Part shown: positions 25,341-59,701 of the stretch, piece by piece
How positions within the stretch are numbered: the stretch's first letter is position 1
How the letters are laid out: each line of letters begins with the position of its first letter
Assembly: GCA_030141605.1 (NCBI GenBank)
Contig: JAQGDQ010000835.1
Coordinates: forward strand, 26,305-90,304
DNA length: 64,000 nucleotides
Direction: 5' to 3'
From: Tubiluchus corallicola
Lineage: Eukaryota; Animalia; Priapulida
Made by a program: the position numbers and the translations under genes
The notes under the pieces: generated by a model
Seen by the model: only the letters and a program-made list of their open reading frames with translations
What the model was told of the DNA's origin: nothing
Databases searched by the model: none

Positions 25341-27385
25341 TAAATTTTACAAAATAAACATAAACAAAAGCAAAAACTAAAATAAAGATGGAAAAGAGAC
25401 AGGGTGACGAAAAAAGCGAGGGTCACCAAGTCAATCACCCCTATCTGAATTGAAGACAAATAAGTGATCTGTCAAGTAAGGTATGTACAAATGAAAATAA
25501 TCAGCAACTTAACAAAAGTTCATATGAGTTTAAATTCAAAAACAGTATCTAAATTTGGCAATAAGAAGAGGCAACATTGAAATTAGCAAACAAAACAGAA
25601 AATTTAAATTAAAATCAAGTCCAACTCAACAAAAACAAAACTAAAAATTACATGTAAATCAAGAAACTCAAGCCAACAAAAGAAGCAAAAAATGAGGCAA
25701 TGTCAAACCATGAGTAAATCATCACCAGGTCAAGCACCTTTATCCAAATTCAAAGGAAATTATATAACCTGATAATTACAGATAAGGAAAATTATAATAA
25801 TCAACATTTTAAAAATAAAAAATTAAGATGAATAACTAGGAAGATATTAGGATAATGAATTCAGATGAGTTTATAATTAAGTGGCAGCATAAATCAATGA
25901 ATATAGCAAATGGTATGAAACAATATTTAAATTGACTATGCGAAGATTCAGTGAAATAGATGTCAAACCGAAAGATAACTAAGAGATAAATTTGAAACTA
26001 AGAATACAATTTTTTTTCTAAATTTCATTAACCAATTTGAATAGTTGCTGATTAAATCTGGGAGACTGAACACGTACATTTACGTAATTTACATACTAAT
26101 ATATAATCTTTAATAATGCCCTTTCACGAGTTATGGTTACAAATATATGCCTGCTCTGCACCACTTACACAAATCCTTTGATTAGAACTTTTCATATTTG
26201 CGTTTTCAGAATCTTCGCAATAGTTGGCATTCTGTGTAATGGGTCGTAAGTGCACAGCACCACCAAAGACAGCAAGCGCACCATTCACTCGAAAGAATTA
26301 AATTCACAATGAATCCTCCGTATAATTATATAATATAATTACCATATTTTGTTTTTTACCTAAAAGCTTGCATTTAATTTTACACAATATAAAAATTAAG
26401 CAATATAAGTAGTACCCAACAGTAACAAATTCACTGCTCCGCTCAGTATGTATATTTGTTAATTAATAACTATGGCATTTCACAAAAATGAAAAAATACA
26501 GGAAAAATCAAAAACACAACAAAGCGGTTCACAGCACTTATTGCCAGCAACATGAAAAATCTTTGTCTCCTTCATTCTTGCACAATCGTGCTTCTTTGAC
26601 GTGCCATGTCATGACGAATCAGCTTATTGTCCATAACCATAAGAAAGTTAGAAAGGCATAGAGTATAATAATCAGTGATGTATAATTATAATATTAATCT
26701 TTTCGTGCTATTTATATTGGCAACTATTTCCGGTAATAACAAATACTAAAGTAAGGTAAAAAAAAATTATTTGTCTCTGAATGATACAAAATAAACATAA
26801 ACAAAAGCTAAAAACTAAAATAAAGACGGAGAAGAGACGGGGTAGCAAAAAGAGCAAGGATCACCAAGTCAACCACCCCTATCCAAACTGAAGAAAATTA
26901 AGTGACCTGTCAAGTAAGGTATGTACAAATGAAAATAATCAGCAACTTAACAAAATAAAAAATAAATAAATAAGGCAACAAGCTCAAATGAGTTTAAATT
27001 TAGAAACAGTAAATAAATTTGGCAATGAGAAGAGGCAAAATTTAAATTAGCAAACAAAAGGGAAAATTTAAACTCATCAAAAACAAAACTAATAATTACA
27101 TATAAATCAAGAACTCAAACCAACATAAGAAGCAAAAAAATGAAGCAATGTCAAGTCATGAGTAAATCATCACCAGGTCAAGTACCTCTATCCAAATTTA
27201 AAGGAATTATATAATCTGACAAGTACAGACAGGGAAAATTATAATAATCAACATATAAAAAATAAAAAGAAAAAATAAAGATGAATAACTAGGGAGATAT
27301 TAGTATAATGAATTCAGATGAGTTTATAATTAAGTGGCAACATAAATCAATGAATATAGCAAATGGTATGAAACAATATTTAACT
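25341..27385. repeat. Two diverged direct copies of a ~600-bp A-rich element (25341-25930 and ~26785-27385), probably a LINE 3' UTR or SINE
   Basis: Colinear blocks such as TCACCAAGTCAA.CACCCCTAT and GAATTCAGATGAGTTTATAATTAAGTGGC. Confidence 0.8.
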
Positions 27386-29069
27386 TAACAAAATAGCAAA
27401 AGCAAAAATTTGGATTTAACTCAAGAGACAGACTTCATAGGAACAACCAAAAAAAAAACTAAAGCAATATCGAAGTACGTCAATGGCAGATACATTGAAC
27501 AAATTGTAAACATTTTGTTTACAGTAAACATAATGAAAGTGGGTCAGCGATAAACAATAAGAATAATGCTGAATTTTTTTCCAGACTATGTGAATATTCA
27601 GTGAAATATGACTATAATATCAGTATTTTACTTTCAGCCGAGGCTGTCTAGGTAATGAAAATTGACATTTAGCCAGCAATCATTTCTCTGTCGTTTATAG
27701 GGTAATTAATTTTTATCATAGTTGTTAATATCCTCAACAATGACAACCACTAACAACAGCAGCAACAGAAACAGTGGCAGTAAAGTCAACAACAGCACCA
27801 CTGTCATAGCGCTCTACTATTATTTACTATCATTTGCTCTGGATAGCAAATGTCATAATTTTAAAAATTATTAACGTTTCCTAAATTAAAGTGACAACAT
27901 TAATGCCCACCAGCATCTAAAAATCATTTTATCTATATTCGGTAAAGGATAGCAGACTAGGTGACTTTACAGTCTTTTCGCTATTCTTTCACTAGTTCTA
28001 GAGCTGTCTCTATTCATTTTAACCATTCTTCAAAACTTATTAGCAATTCTTTTATCAATCATATTTTATTGTAGTACGATAAAGAGATAAATAAATTGAA
28101 ATTGAATTTAATTGAATCATAGTGGCTTGATGTAATTTAGAATTTATAAGCAGTGAAAAAAAACAAGACTGACCACAGGAATATTGACTACAGTATTAAC
28201 AAAAACATAACAACATTTAGAGGTAGCAAGCTAACAACAGTAAGAGGTGGGCATCAGCAGCAACACAATAGCGAGAAACCCAAGCTGTCATTCTTTACAA
28301 AAACACTGCTAGTTCTTTATTCACACCATTCTCAGAGTTAATGTCAAAACTGACCCAAGCATGCAGAATCAGAGAGAGGAAATAGATGTGTACAAATATT
28401 TATTAAAAAATTTAATAACAATTGCATTATTCTCATTTAAATTAAACTTTAAAAAACTTAACAATGTAAAAATATTTACAATATATGACATAAAAAATAA
28501 CAAAACTTAATTGCAAATACACACCAATTACCTACTCATACTTACTTGCACACCGAACTAAAAAAAAATAAAAGAGAATTTTCATCAATCACATTGATTC
28601 ACAGGCATTTTTGACAACCATTACGCAATTTAAGTGGCATGAAATTAGTCATGATCAAAGACAACGAGCTACACGGATAGGCCGAGTGCTAACTAATGAC
28701 CAGTAATACTAAATTCATCGTAAACTCATTATTCTAATTTAATTTAAATACATTCAGCAATATACACTGTATATGTATGTATGTATATATCATATTATAA
28801 TACATATGTATACATATTATAATACACTCTTATCATACAAAAATTAACCAAACTATTAACTGATTGAAATAGTCTATCACAGTGTGAAAAGTCCATTAAT
28901 TTTGTGAGTATCCAGAAAGAACAGACAGAAAAATTAAAGCTTTTTTTGCTACATTTTCAAATACGAATAGCATTTCTTTAAAATAAATAAGCCATTCAAC
29001 AATTTAAACAAGAAACTAGTTTTTCTGGTTAATTTTAAGAGCTACATTTCCAAAGCTTATGGTGTGGAG

Positions 29070-29570
29070 ACACCACAAAAAGTACTTTAAACTAGCAAGA
29101 ACTCACTGGCACAATTTTGTGGGAACACCATCAAAAAGTACTTTAGACTAGCAAGAACGCACTAGCACAATTTTGTGTGTATACAATCAAAAAGTACATT
29201 AAAGTGGCAAGCACGCACTAGCAAAATTTTGTGGGAATACCATCAAAAAGTACATTAAACTAGCAAGAACGCACTAGCACAATTTTGTGGGAATACCATC
29301 AAAAAAGTACATAAAATTAGCAAGAATGCACTAGCAAAATTTTGTGGGAATATCATCAAAAAGTACATTAAATTAGCAAGAATGCACTAGCAAAATTTTG
29401 TGGGAATACCATCAAGAAAGTACATTAAAGTGGTAAGAACTCACTGGCACAATTTTGTGGGAACACCCTCAAAAAAGTACATTAAAGTGGCAAGAACGCA
29501 CTGGCACAATTTTGTGGGATCAAAAAAGTACCTTAAACTAGCAAGAATGCACTGGTACAATTTTCTAAAG
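29070..29570. repeat. 56-57-bp minisatellite, ~9 copies
   Basis: Unit CAAAAAGTACATTAAACTAGCAAGAACGCACTAGCACAATTTTGTGGGAATACCAT. Confidence 0.93.
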
Positions 29571-29759
29571 CTGACACACACACACCAACAAAATGATTAT
29601 TTTTTCACTTGCCGCATTATTGTTCTTTATATATGCAATGTTTCTGATATGTGTATTATTACTTCAGACGATGCTAAGTTACTGGCAGAATTGATTATAA
29701 TGAACACAGTTGCTATCACAGAATCATGACGAGTTTGTTAATAACTGTTATGAAATAGT

Positions 29760-30407
29760 TTAACCATATCTTTCTTGCGCTCCAACAATTTCCTCATAAG
29801 ATGGCGGAGGCTCATCGCGCAAGCCAAATTCTACAGTCCAGACTGTTGGTGTATTGGCTGTATATTCTGGGGGTCTCTCTAAAGACGCCGAGTGAACATC
29901 CGTAGACGCAATTCTTTGGGAATCATCATAACTAGGCAAACCCATTGCACTTAAAACATCAGTAGTATCATCATTGACTGTTATTTCATCTGTCTGTATA
30001 CCAGCACGAGCACGAGGATGACTAGAGAAAAGGCGAATGGTACGAACTCTGCTTGTTGATCTGCTGATTTCACACAATTCGGCACGCGTGTGAGCAACGG
30101 GTCTCGTAGATCGAACAGGAGCCATCATTCCATATCGTGATGTGATGGCACGTTCGCGGCGGTGCTGGTCTAGTGCAGATTTCGCTTTAATAGATGTGCG
30201 TATGCCATAACCCAGTGAAACAAAGCCAACGAAAAAAATTACAGTACCAGCAAATATTAGTCCAACTTTGGCATTGAAAGTGCCATAACTAATGAGCATG
30301 AATGCAGCAATAAGTATGAGGCCACCAGATACCACAACACACTTGCCAATAGCCTGAGCCTGTCGGTTTGAGGCGTGCAGAGTAGGTATAACAGAAGGGC
30401 TCGTCAT
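29760..30407 (-). CDS. Uncharacterised 215-aa two-TM membrane protein with cytoplasmic LPSY/PPEY/PPPSY motifs, single coding exon
   Basis: Two hydrophobic helices (CVVVSGGLILIAAFMLISYG and VGLIFAGTVIFFVGFVSLGYGI), three PY motifs, start context AAC-ATG, acceptor TTTTTTATGCAG ending at 30449. Confidence 0.8.
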   Translation of the reverse strand: MTSPSVIPTLHASNRQAQAIGKCVVVSGGLILIAAFMLISYGTFNAKVGLIFAGTVIFFVGFVSLGYGIRTSIKAKSALDQHRRERAITSRYGMMAPVRSTRPVAHTRAELCEISRSTSRVRTIRLFSSHPRARAGIQTDEITVNDDTTDVLSAMGLPSYDDSQRIASTDVHSASLERPPEYTANTPTVWTVEFGLRDEPPPSYEEIVGAQERYG

Positions 30408-32550
30408 GTTTTTTATTGCACGGTGGAACTATGTAGAATCACACTTTTCTGCATAAAAAACCTTTTGTGCTCTCGGCCAATTCACGCGCATCTCATTCAG
30501 CAAGGATCAAAATGCAATAACGCACAGTTTGATCACATAACCACAAGACTATAGCAAGTCATAAACAAAATACTTGTGATCTATGTGTGTTCACAACTAA
30601 TGTTGACCAATTCACTGTTTTGGATGGCACAAGTTTACAGGTAATCAAAGGTGAGTAGCTATTAACATGCCAGAGTGACTTCTGGGAACACGTTCAAAGA
30701 AAATGTTCTGCATAAATGTTTCTTTATACATCTACTAATGTAACTTATAGATTACATGTACTTATAGGCATGCACGCAGGTATGCACATAAACACTCATT
30801 CAATTGCTATTATGTTGCTCAATTTAAAAAATTTCTATGTGTTCACGCAAAATAACATTAAACTACATTTTAATACAGTTTTGCCATAACACCCACAAAT
30901 TGACGTCAACAAAATTCTATTGGTCATTGTCAAACCACGACAGTATATATACCACAAACTAGACTAAGCATTTGTTTGCTCAGCACAAAGGTCAACAACT
31001 GGTAAAATCTGCAGCAATAAAACCATCACACCCTGCCTTAAACTAACCAAGAATACAAAGTTTATGGCAAACAACATTTCCAACAATAAATCAACAGTGA
31101 AATTATACACAACTTAAAACATTTTTATTTTAAGAATAAAATAAACTATGTGAGACAAATAATGACTAAAGCACGATTATGAGTTGTTTCGAGTTATAAA
31201 CAGGGCTGCATTTAAAAATGCAATTTCTGAAACATTATCATACTGTATCATAAAAAAATTATAAATAGCGTATTTAATAATCACACATTAATTGAAAATA
31301 ATGTATAGACGTGCAATAAAAATGTAAATTATGTATCTAAGGTAACCTTTGTTGGAGTAAATCTAGACATCATGGCTGCAGTGAAATCTATAATAATTTC
31401 AAGAATGAACTATAATTTAGTTCTGAAAGTTCTGATGTGAATGACTTCTCAATGAATATCAACAACTACAGATCTGTTGGAAAAATAACATAAATTATAA
31501 TGTAGGTTTAATACTGCTTCTGGTGCTAAGTTTTTTCTTGCATTAACTAGATAAACATAATAAACTTACACATTTACTAGTATTTGTTATTAGACGAAAA
31601 CAATTCAAATAACTTTATCAATCTCAGTATTTTGAGAAACCTAGAATTCATTCTAGTATACTGGTATTCCTGTAAAGATTCATAACAATTCGTTACAAAT
31701 TGGCAGAGCTTTGGCTTTTTTAAAAACGAATGTTATCGCCACCAATTTTAATTCAAAATGGTGTATTCAAAAATGTGGCTCAATCAGTCGATGTGGTACT
31801 TGTTCTTCTAGTATATTCCTGTAAAGTTTCATAACGATCCACTGCGAATTGACAGTCTTGGGTTTTTTCGAAAATAATCTTTATCATAACTTTGTTGAAG
31901 TCAAAATGCAGATAGAATCATGGAACATTTGATTCCATCATAACTGTGACAGCTAACATAGTAAAAATATAAATTACATGTACAATGTATATAATATATA
32001 TATTATGTGCATATTTGGTAATCAATTAAATTAAGTGAGCTGAAAATGATCGACGTCTGAAGTAAGACAAACTACAAACTAGATATAAAATCAAAATACA
32101 AACTACAAAACAAAGAATCACAAACAGAAAATGTACAATGTGAATGTTAAAGACTACAAGTTGGTTCAACAAGGTATTGCTATTTGTAATTTTTGGGAAA
32201 AAGAACGATATAATTGAAAATATAACATGGAAATAATTATTAGCGGCAAGATGTGGATTGATACATATATATTTTCATTTCTTCAAGGTGGATTTTCTAT
32301 TAATTGGAATTGAAAATCCGATGCTCTGCTAGAAAGTTAAACATATATTATTTAGCTCCAAGTTAATATGCTAAAGAATACAGATGGCTCTTTGCCACTT
32401 TTACTGTGGTGAATCAGTGTGATTAAACTTTATTCATCACAGTCCAACCTGTAATGATCAAAATCAGTTTTTCGTTTTGTAAATACATATTATTAATAAA
32501 TTATTTGCCCTACACAAGTTTATAACAAACACCAAACTTAGGCTTTAATG

Positions 32551-32913
32551 CTAGAATATTCCTTGTTGGATTATGTCGCCTGAAGGTGAAAACAGCTTTC
32601 TTCTCACCGTTTCAAAAAAGAAGAAAACTACGCCAAGAACGATGATCACAATCCCTGAGACATTAAAGTAAACACTTGCTGGATAATCACTGTGGACGGC
32701 CACATAAACAAGAGTTGATCCAAATATGGCCGCCGGTAAACCAAACCAATAAAACTGGTTGCAGCATTTGCAAGACTGGTACCGATCTACATACGGATTT
32801 TCAATGACCAGTTCTCCACGCTCATCAACTGTAACTTTGTATGTTACACGACCTTTTCCTACGTTTATCTCACGTTCTTTTCCAATTTGGCTCTTTTTGT
32901 CATCTGTGTTCAT
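32551..32913 (-). CDS. Uncharacterised ~120-aa two-TM membrane protein (MNTDDKK...QQGIF), single coding exon
   Basis: Start context ACC-ATG at 32913, Cys cluster SCKCC before TM1, two hydrophobic helices, acceptor TTTTCCAG ending at 32987, AATAAA at 32434-32429. Confidence 0.75.
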   Translation of the reverse strand: MNTDDKKSQIGKEREINVGKGRVTYKVTVDERGELVIENPYVDRYQSCKCCNQFYWFGLPAAIFGSTLVYVAVHSDYPASVYFNVSGIVIIVLGVVFFFFETVRRKLFSPSGDIIQQGIF

Positions 32914-34459
32914 GGTGCTCACCACTCAGCCTCACTATTCAACACACCAACCGTCTAGGTCACTTTAAGTGTTTCTCATAACATTTCTGGAAAACATTTC
33001 ACAGTTATTTCACCGTATTAAATGTAAGGTCTGTCACAAAGGACATGGAAAGCAATTACAAGGCAAGAAAATTGATGCCAATACATTATAGGCTATCAGT
33101 AATCAATCAGACTTAGGAGTTACCATATCGGAAGATCTTAAAAACATCAAGTTGGTAGCAATTCAGCATAGAGTAACAAGTCTAATACTCCATAAAGCTC
33201 CTTCTTTGTTGCAAAAAACAAATCTCGACATTCAAAATGACAAAGAAAAAGACAGGAAGTTAACAGAAAACATTAGCACAGCGGCTACTTAGCAACTAAC
33301 ACTTTTAAGAGAAATGCAAAACGCTAGCAAAGCAGGTAAATTATATCAACGTATGCAAGCAATCAGACTTGGTGACTACACAAAATAAGTTTTGGGAGTT
33401 TTTTAAAAAATGACAATAAATGATACGAATAGATGAAGATGAAATTAATTGTCGCCATGTCTCAAGTTAGATAGATTAAACTAATTTACGCCGAATTTCA
33501 GAGTCGTAAATTGTAATTACTCTAATGTTAACCCATAAATATCTGTCTAATAGTGATTTTTTGTCATTCTAAATGACAGTAGTGATGTTTCTTGGTGACT
33601 TCTATAATACAGCTCACTTTGCATTAACAGTCTTACAGCCGCACCTACGAAAAAAACAATCGCTACTAAAAGCTCTTGTCTGGCAAGAACGAACCTTTGT
33701 GAGTGACGTGAAATGATCATTAAAAATTTTGAGCAGTAAAGCCGCTTGTATTTACACATAATAATAATTTAGTAATTCTATGTTGTAAATATCACAAAGT
33801 TTTGGTATCATTAGTTGTATGAATGACGGAGGTGTATGATATCGTATTTTCTAGCAAATGTTATTAGTCTGACGATTTTATTTTTGTTGTATTATTAAAC
33901 CCTGAGATCATTAGTAACACAATAAAATGGTAACGTTCCCCAGGCCAAAATGCAGTAGCTTAAGTAAGGATATACTAGTGACTGGGCATAAGTTTTAAGA
34001 TTTGTTATCCTATATATTTCCTTAGACTTAGTGCAATTCTCGATAATACGACTTAACCTATATGTTTAATGTGTGTTCCCCATGCCAGTTTGTTGTCAAT
34101 TAATATTCTTAAATATTTAATATCTTCTGTTGCATATAATTTCTATTGTTTGTTGTTACATAAAAAGTTTTATTGGTCATTAAAATTAGTATAAATTTAG
34201 TTTTTTTCCAAATTAAATGATAATTGGTTCGCTTTCATCCACATTTCTATCTTTTTCAGTTTACTCTTAACCAATTTGTTTAGTTTGACGGTATCAGGGT
34301 GGGACATATAGTTAGTGTCGTCTGAAAACATTTCTGACACTGTTACCATCGAAGGATAGAGGTTAAGCTGATAAATAGCTTGTAAATTTCTCCAATCTTC
34401 TTTGAATTCTATATTTATGTCTTAAAAGAAACAGTGGCACTCCATGATCATGGACTGTA

Positions 34460-34975
34460 TCACAAAGCATCTTGCTGCCATTGAGGCAGTTTAGGATCGA
34501 CAAATCTTTTTGGGTTGTGCTGCCAATATCGATCTAATCGGGACTTAAAAAGAGAAGGGTTAGCAGCATTGATTACAATTTTGGGTAACTTATTCCATTC
34601 ATCAACCACCCGCATTGAAAGAAATCTCTCATTTTCTGCTCCACCTGTTAGAGGCTGCTGTCTTCTTGATACTGTAAGGATGTCCTCTAGTACCACGATA
34701 TTTCTGAGATGGAACCATTTTGCTAGCATCAATGTGGTCAAAACCTTTTAAGATGAGGAAGGTTTGGTTCAAATCCTGTCTCTCACGCCTATATTTTAAA
34801 GTAGTTAGCTCTTGATTTTCCTAACCTCTGGATTCTAGACAGTCCGGAAACTGCGGGTTCAAATCTAGTAGCCTAGTAGTAGTATTTCTGGGTACAAGTT
34901 AGCAAAATAAGGTAAATCGTTAATGTAGAGTAACAACAAAAGTGGTCCTAATTAGATCCCTTAGGGACACCATAG
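34460..34975 (-). mobile_element. CR1-clade LINE remnant
   Basis: FLSMRVVDEWNKLP...FKSRLDRYW C-terminus, with a GVPKGS remnant at ~34970. Confidence 0.78.
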
Positions 34976-35879
34976 GATGATGGTTTGTTGTTAATAGACA
35001 TATGCCGTTTTCAATTAGTTAGGCGTGATTCAAATGATGTCGTACATGAGCAGCCCAAGTACGGCACTATCGATTTCTGTCGAGAATCGAGAATTATGAC
35101 ATAATAAAACATAAAACTAAATTTGTTTTAGAAAAAAAGTAACTTTATATAATGATAGAAAGTCCTTGACAATTTACAAATGTATTTTTTACAATAATAT
35201 CATCATTATTGTTAGCTCCATTAATATCATCATAGCATTAAACTAAGTATCTAAAGCTTTAAAGGGAGAACTATGTAGGGCAAATAGCTCGCTGGCCCAC
35301 TTACTTAGTAGAAAACAATTATATATCCAAGAGATAGTGAAACGGATCACTTGTCTGTGAAGCGAGACAAAATAAAAAACGATATACCTTAAGTAAATGT
35401 TGGAATCGCCTAAAAAGCGGACTTATTTCACTTCAAAAAGATTAATATTGAAACCAAATTTAATACTGGCCATTCTGCTAGCTCAGAATAAGATTCTTTT
35501 ATTTTATCAGATGTATATAAAATTAGTCAACGTGTGTTGACGTTTTCAATAATTATTATTAAAATGCCAATTGTCCTACTTCGGATAGTGTCCTACTCCT
35601 TTCCCAACACACTCAATCTTTAAACAACTTCCTTTGGCGCTTACACTTTAACTACAAGGATTGTAATTACTTGATACATTATGTACACCATATACACATA
35701 CATAAAGCAAAAAACTAGGCATCTATAACTATGGCATGGGTACTAGTATTATGCTGTAGAAAAAACTCAATGTTTGCAGACGTGTTTCTAGTGAATCCAA
35801 TCTACATTTCGTTTTTCAATGGCATTAACATACGTTTGGATAGCCCCTTTAAACTGATTAACTGTAACTGCTAACTTAC

Positions 35880-36361
35880 GTAAAGGAAACCTACACATGA
35901 AAGCCAAGGAAAATGATACCGACAACACTAACCGTACGAGACAAACAAGTTAGTCATGATTCATGAAATTTTTAACTTGCTTGTAAAGACGAATTTTACT
36001 GTTGTATTTTACCGGGTAACGGTATATCAATATATATTTTATAGCATTACACGATGATTTCACTTAAAAAATCACGTTACATCAGAGCCTTGGTTAACTA
36101 CATCAACGTACGCATGTGTCTATTTTTTACTGTATTAACAACCACCTTAGCCGGCGCATTGTCCAGAAGTCAGACTTTCGAAGTTTTAACTTAAAATACA
36201 TAAGATTTTCCATCTTGCTAAATCTTAATGCGGGAAAATTAGCAAGAAATTTTAACAGATCCTACGAAAACCAACTGAAGTCAAAACAGTGTTTTTGTTG
36301 AACTGATTCCGCGCAAGAAAATTTAATTAAATATCTTTTGGTAATTTCGAAGGACGCCTTG
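35880..36361. promoter_or_regulatory. Putative bidirectional promoter with divergent non-coding first exons
   Basis: Minus-strand donors GTAAGT (35879-35874) and GTTAGT (35932-35927), plus-strand donor G|GTGAGC at 36361/36362, locally more CpG, E2F-like GCGGGAAA at 36230. Confidence 0.55.
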
Positions 36362-36993
36362 GTGAGCTATGAATCAAAATTTATTTCGTTTTTAAACAGT
36401 TAATCTTAACCCTGACAACATGACCTAGTGTTCAATTCGTCTACGTGCGTTACAAGAAGAAACGTCCTAATAGTACTAGTATAGTACTTAGAATATGTAC
36501 ATGTTAGACAAATGGTACATATTAGTCGCATCCACTTAAAGCTTATTAAAAATACTTTCAGACACTTCCAACAATTTGCTTTTATTTTTATTTTAATGTA
36601 AGAAAAGGACTACCATACATCTGTTAACCCCTTCAGCTTGATGAAGTTAATACATTATCATGGAAAAGAGAAAAAAAGCAAATCATCAAGAGAGAAAATG
36701 TAAAACACACTTTTCACATCAAAGTCTATTGACAAAATGTTCACGCAGATGCATTATTCAACACCAAAGGGAAAGTTTATCACAATGGGAGATTTTTACA
36801 AAAGTGGAAAAACATTTATGGTGATGTGACTTTAACCCTGACGAAGCATTGGTACTGTAATGGTATCCTCTTGTTTAAACGTTCAGTCCTATTTCTAAAA
36901 GAAGTTAAAGAACAAAGGTCTCTAATTATAGTATCAAAATTAAAATTGTTTCAATCAGCTTCTTCACGCGATAATAAATCTACCAATTTCAAT

Positions 36994-37550
36994 TTAAATG
37001 AAAATTATGGTAGCATGGCAGGGAATGTTGTATAACAGCACATCTCTTTGATTATGATAAAGTGCACGCTCAGACAAAAAATGTTTTGTAGATTCCACTA
37101 AACCGCACTTACATAGTGAAGAATCGACGCTTCCCATCTTATAAAGATAGTAATTATGTTCAGAAAAGCTTGTATGTAATTGAAGAAGCTTGAAAAACTG
37201 AGTTTTTGATGTAAAATCAAGTTTTCTTTTGAAGATCATAGAAGAACACAAATTGTTATTAAATTTATTAAGTGTAGTTTATTAAATTGTTACTTTTATA
37301 TTACATGTAAAATAACACGATAAATATATCTACTCATAATTTTGTAGAGCATTGAGGTCATTTCTTTTTCAATGTTTGTTGTAGACAATGAGACATTAAT
37401 ATTTATTAGAGTATTCCACCCGCTCCTATCTGCAGCTAACAGTACTTCTAAAGCTAGATTTGGTTGAAGTTGTTGAACATCTTTATTTGTCTTAGCTATC
37501 CAAGTTGTTTTTGGTTTGCCAGCTGGTTTTTACAAGATTTTAAAGCATTC
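36994..37550 (-). mobile_element. LINE remnants: C-terminal Cys/His fragment (CKCGLVESTKHFL) and adjacent RTE-like fragment (KPAGKPKTTW)
   Basis: Recognisable non-LTR ORF2 terminal motifs, degenerate. Confidence 0.6.
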
Positions 37551-37925
37551 TTTCGTTCTAGTGTATAAATCTTCATTTTTGATAGGCACGGTCATCTTAT
37601 CTTTAAAAGTTTGCTTAGAAGACCTCTAGGAAATGCGTCAAATTGCATTTCTTGAGTAATTGTTAAACCCCGTTTATCGATTTATATTTTTGAAAGATTT
37701 AATTTTATTATCAGTTTTAATTAAATTATTTTTGTAGTTTGTCTTGTTATTAACAAGTTGGTGTCTTTAACGTGGATATCAACATTTGCATTAAGTGATA
37801 TTTACTTGGAAATTTCACTTGCAGGATTCTTTTAAATAGATGAATTTAGTTGGACTGCTGCACGTCTGAAACCACATTATTATACAAGCAATTAGCAAAG
37901 CGTCAAGCAGCATTAGCTAAAAGAC

Positions 37926-59701
<21,776 letters not shown>

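Noticed and set aside
27706-27807. Short hydrophobic minus-strand ORF MTVVLLLTLLPLFLLLLLLVVVIV...
   Set aside because: Derived from low-complexity (AAC/AGC) sequence, with no good acceptor or other support.
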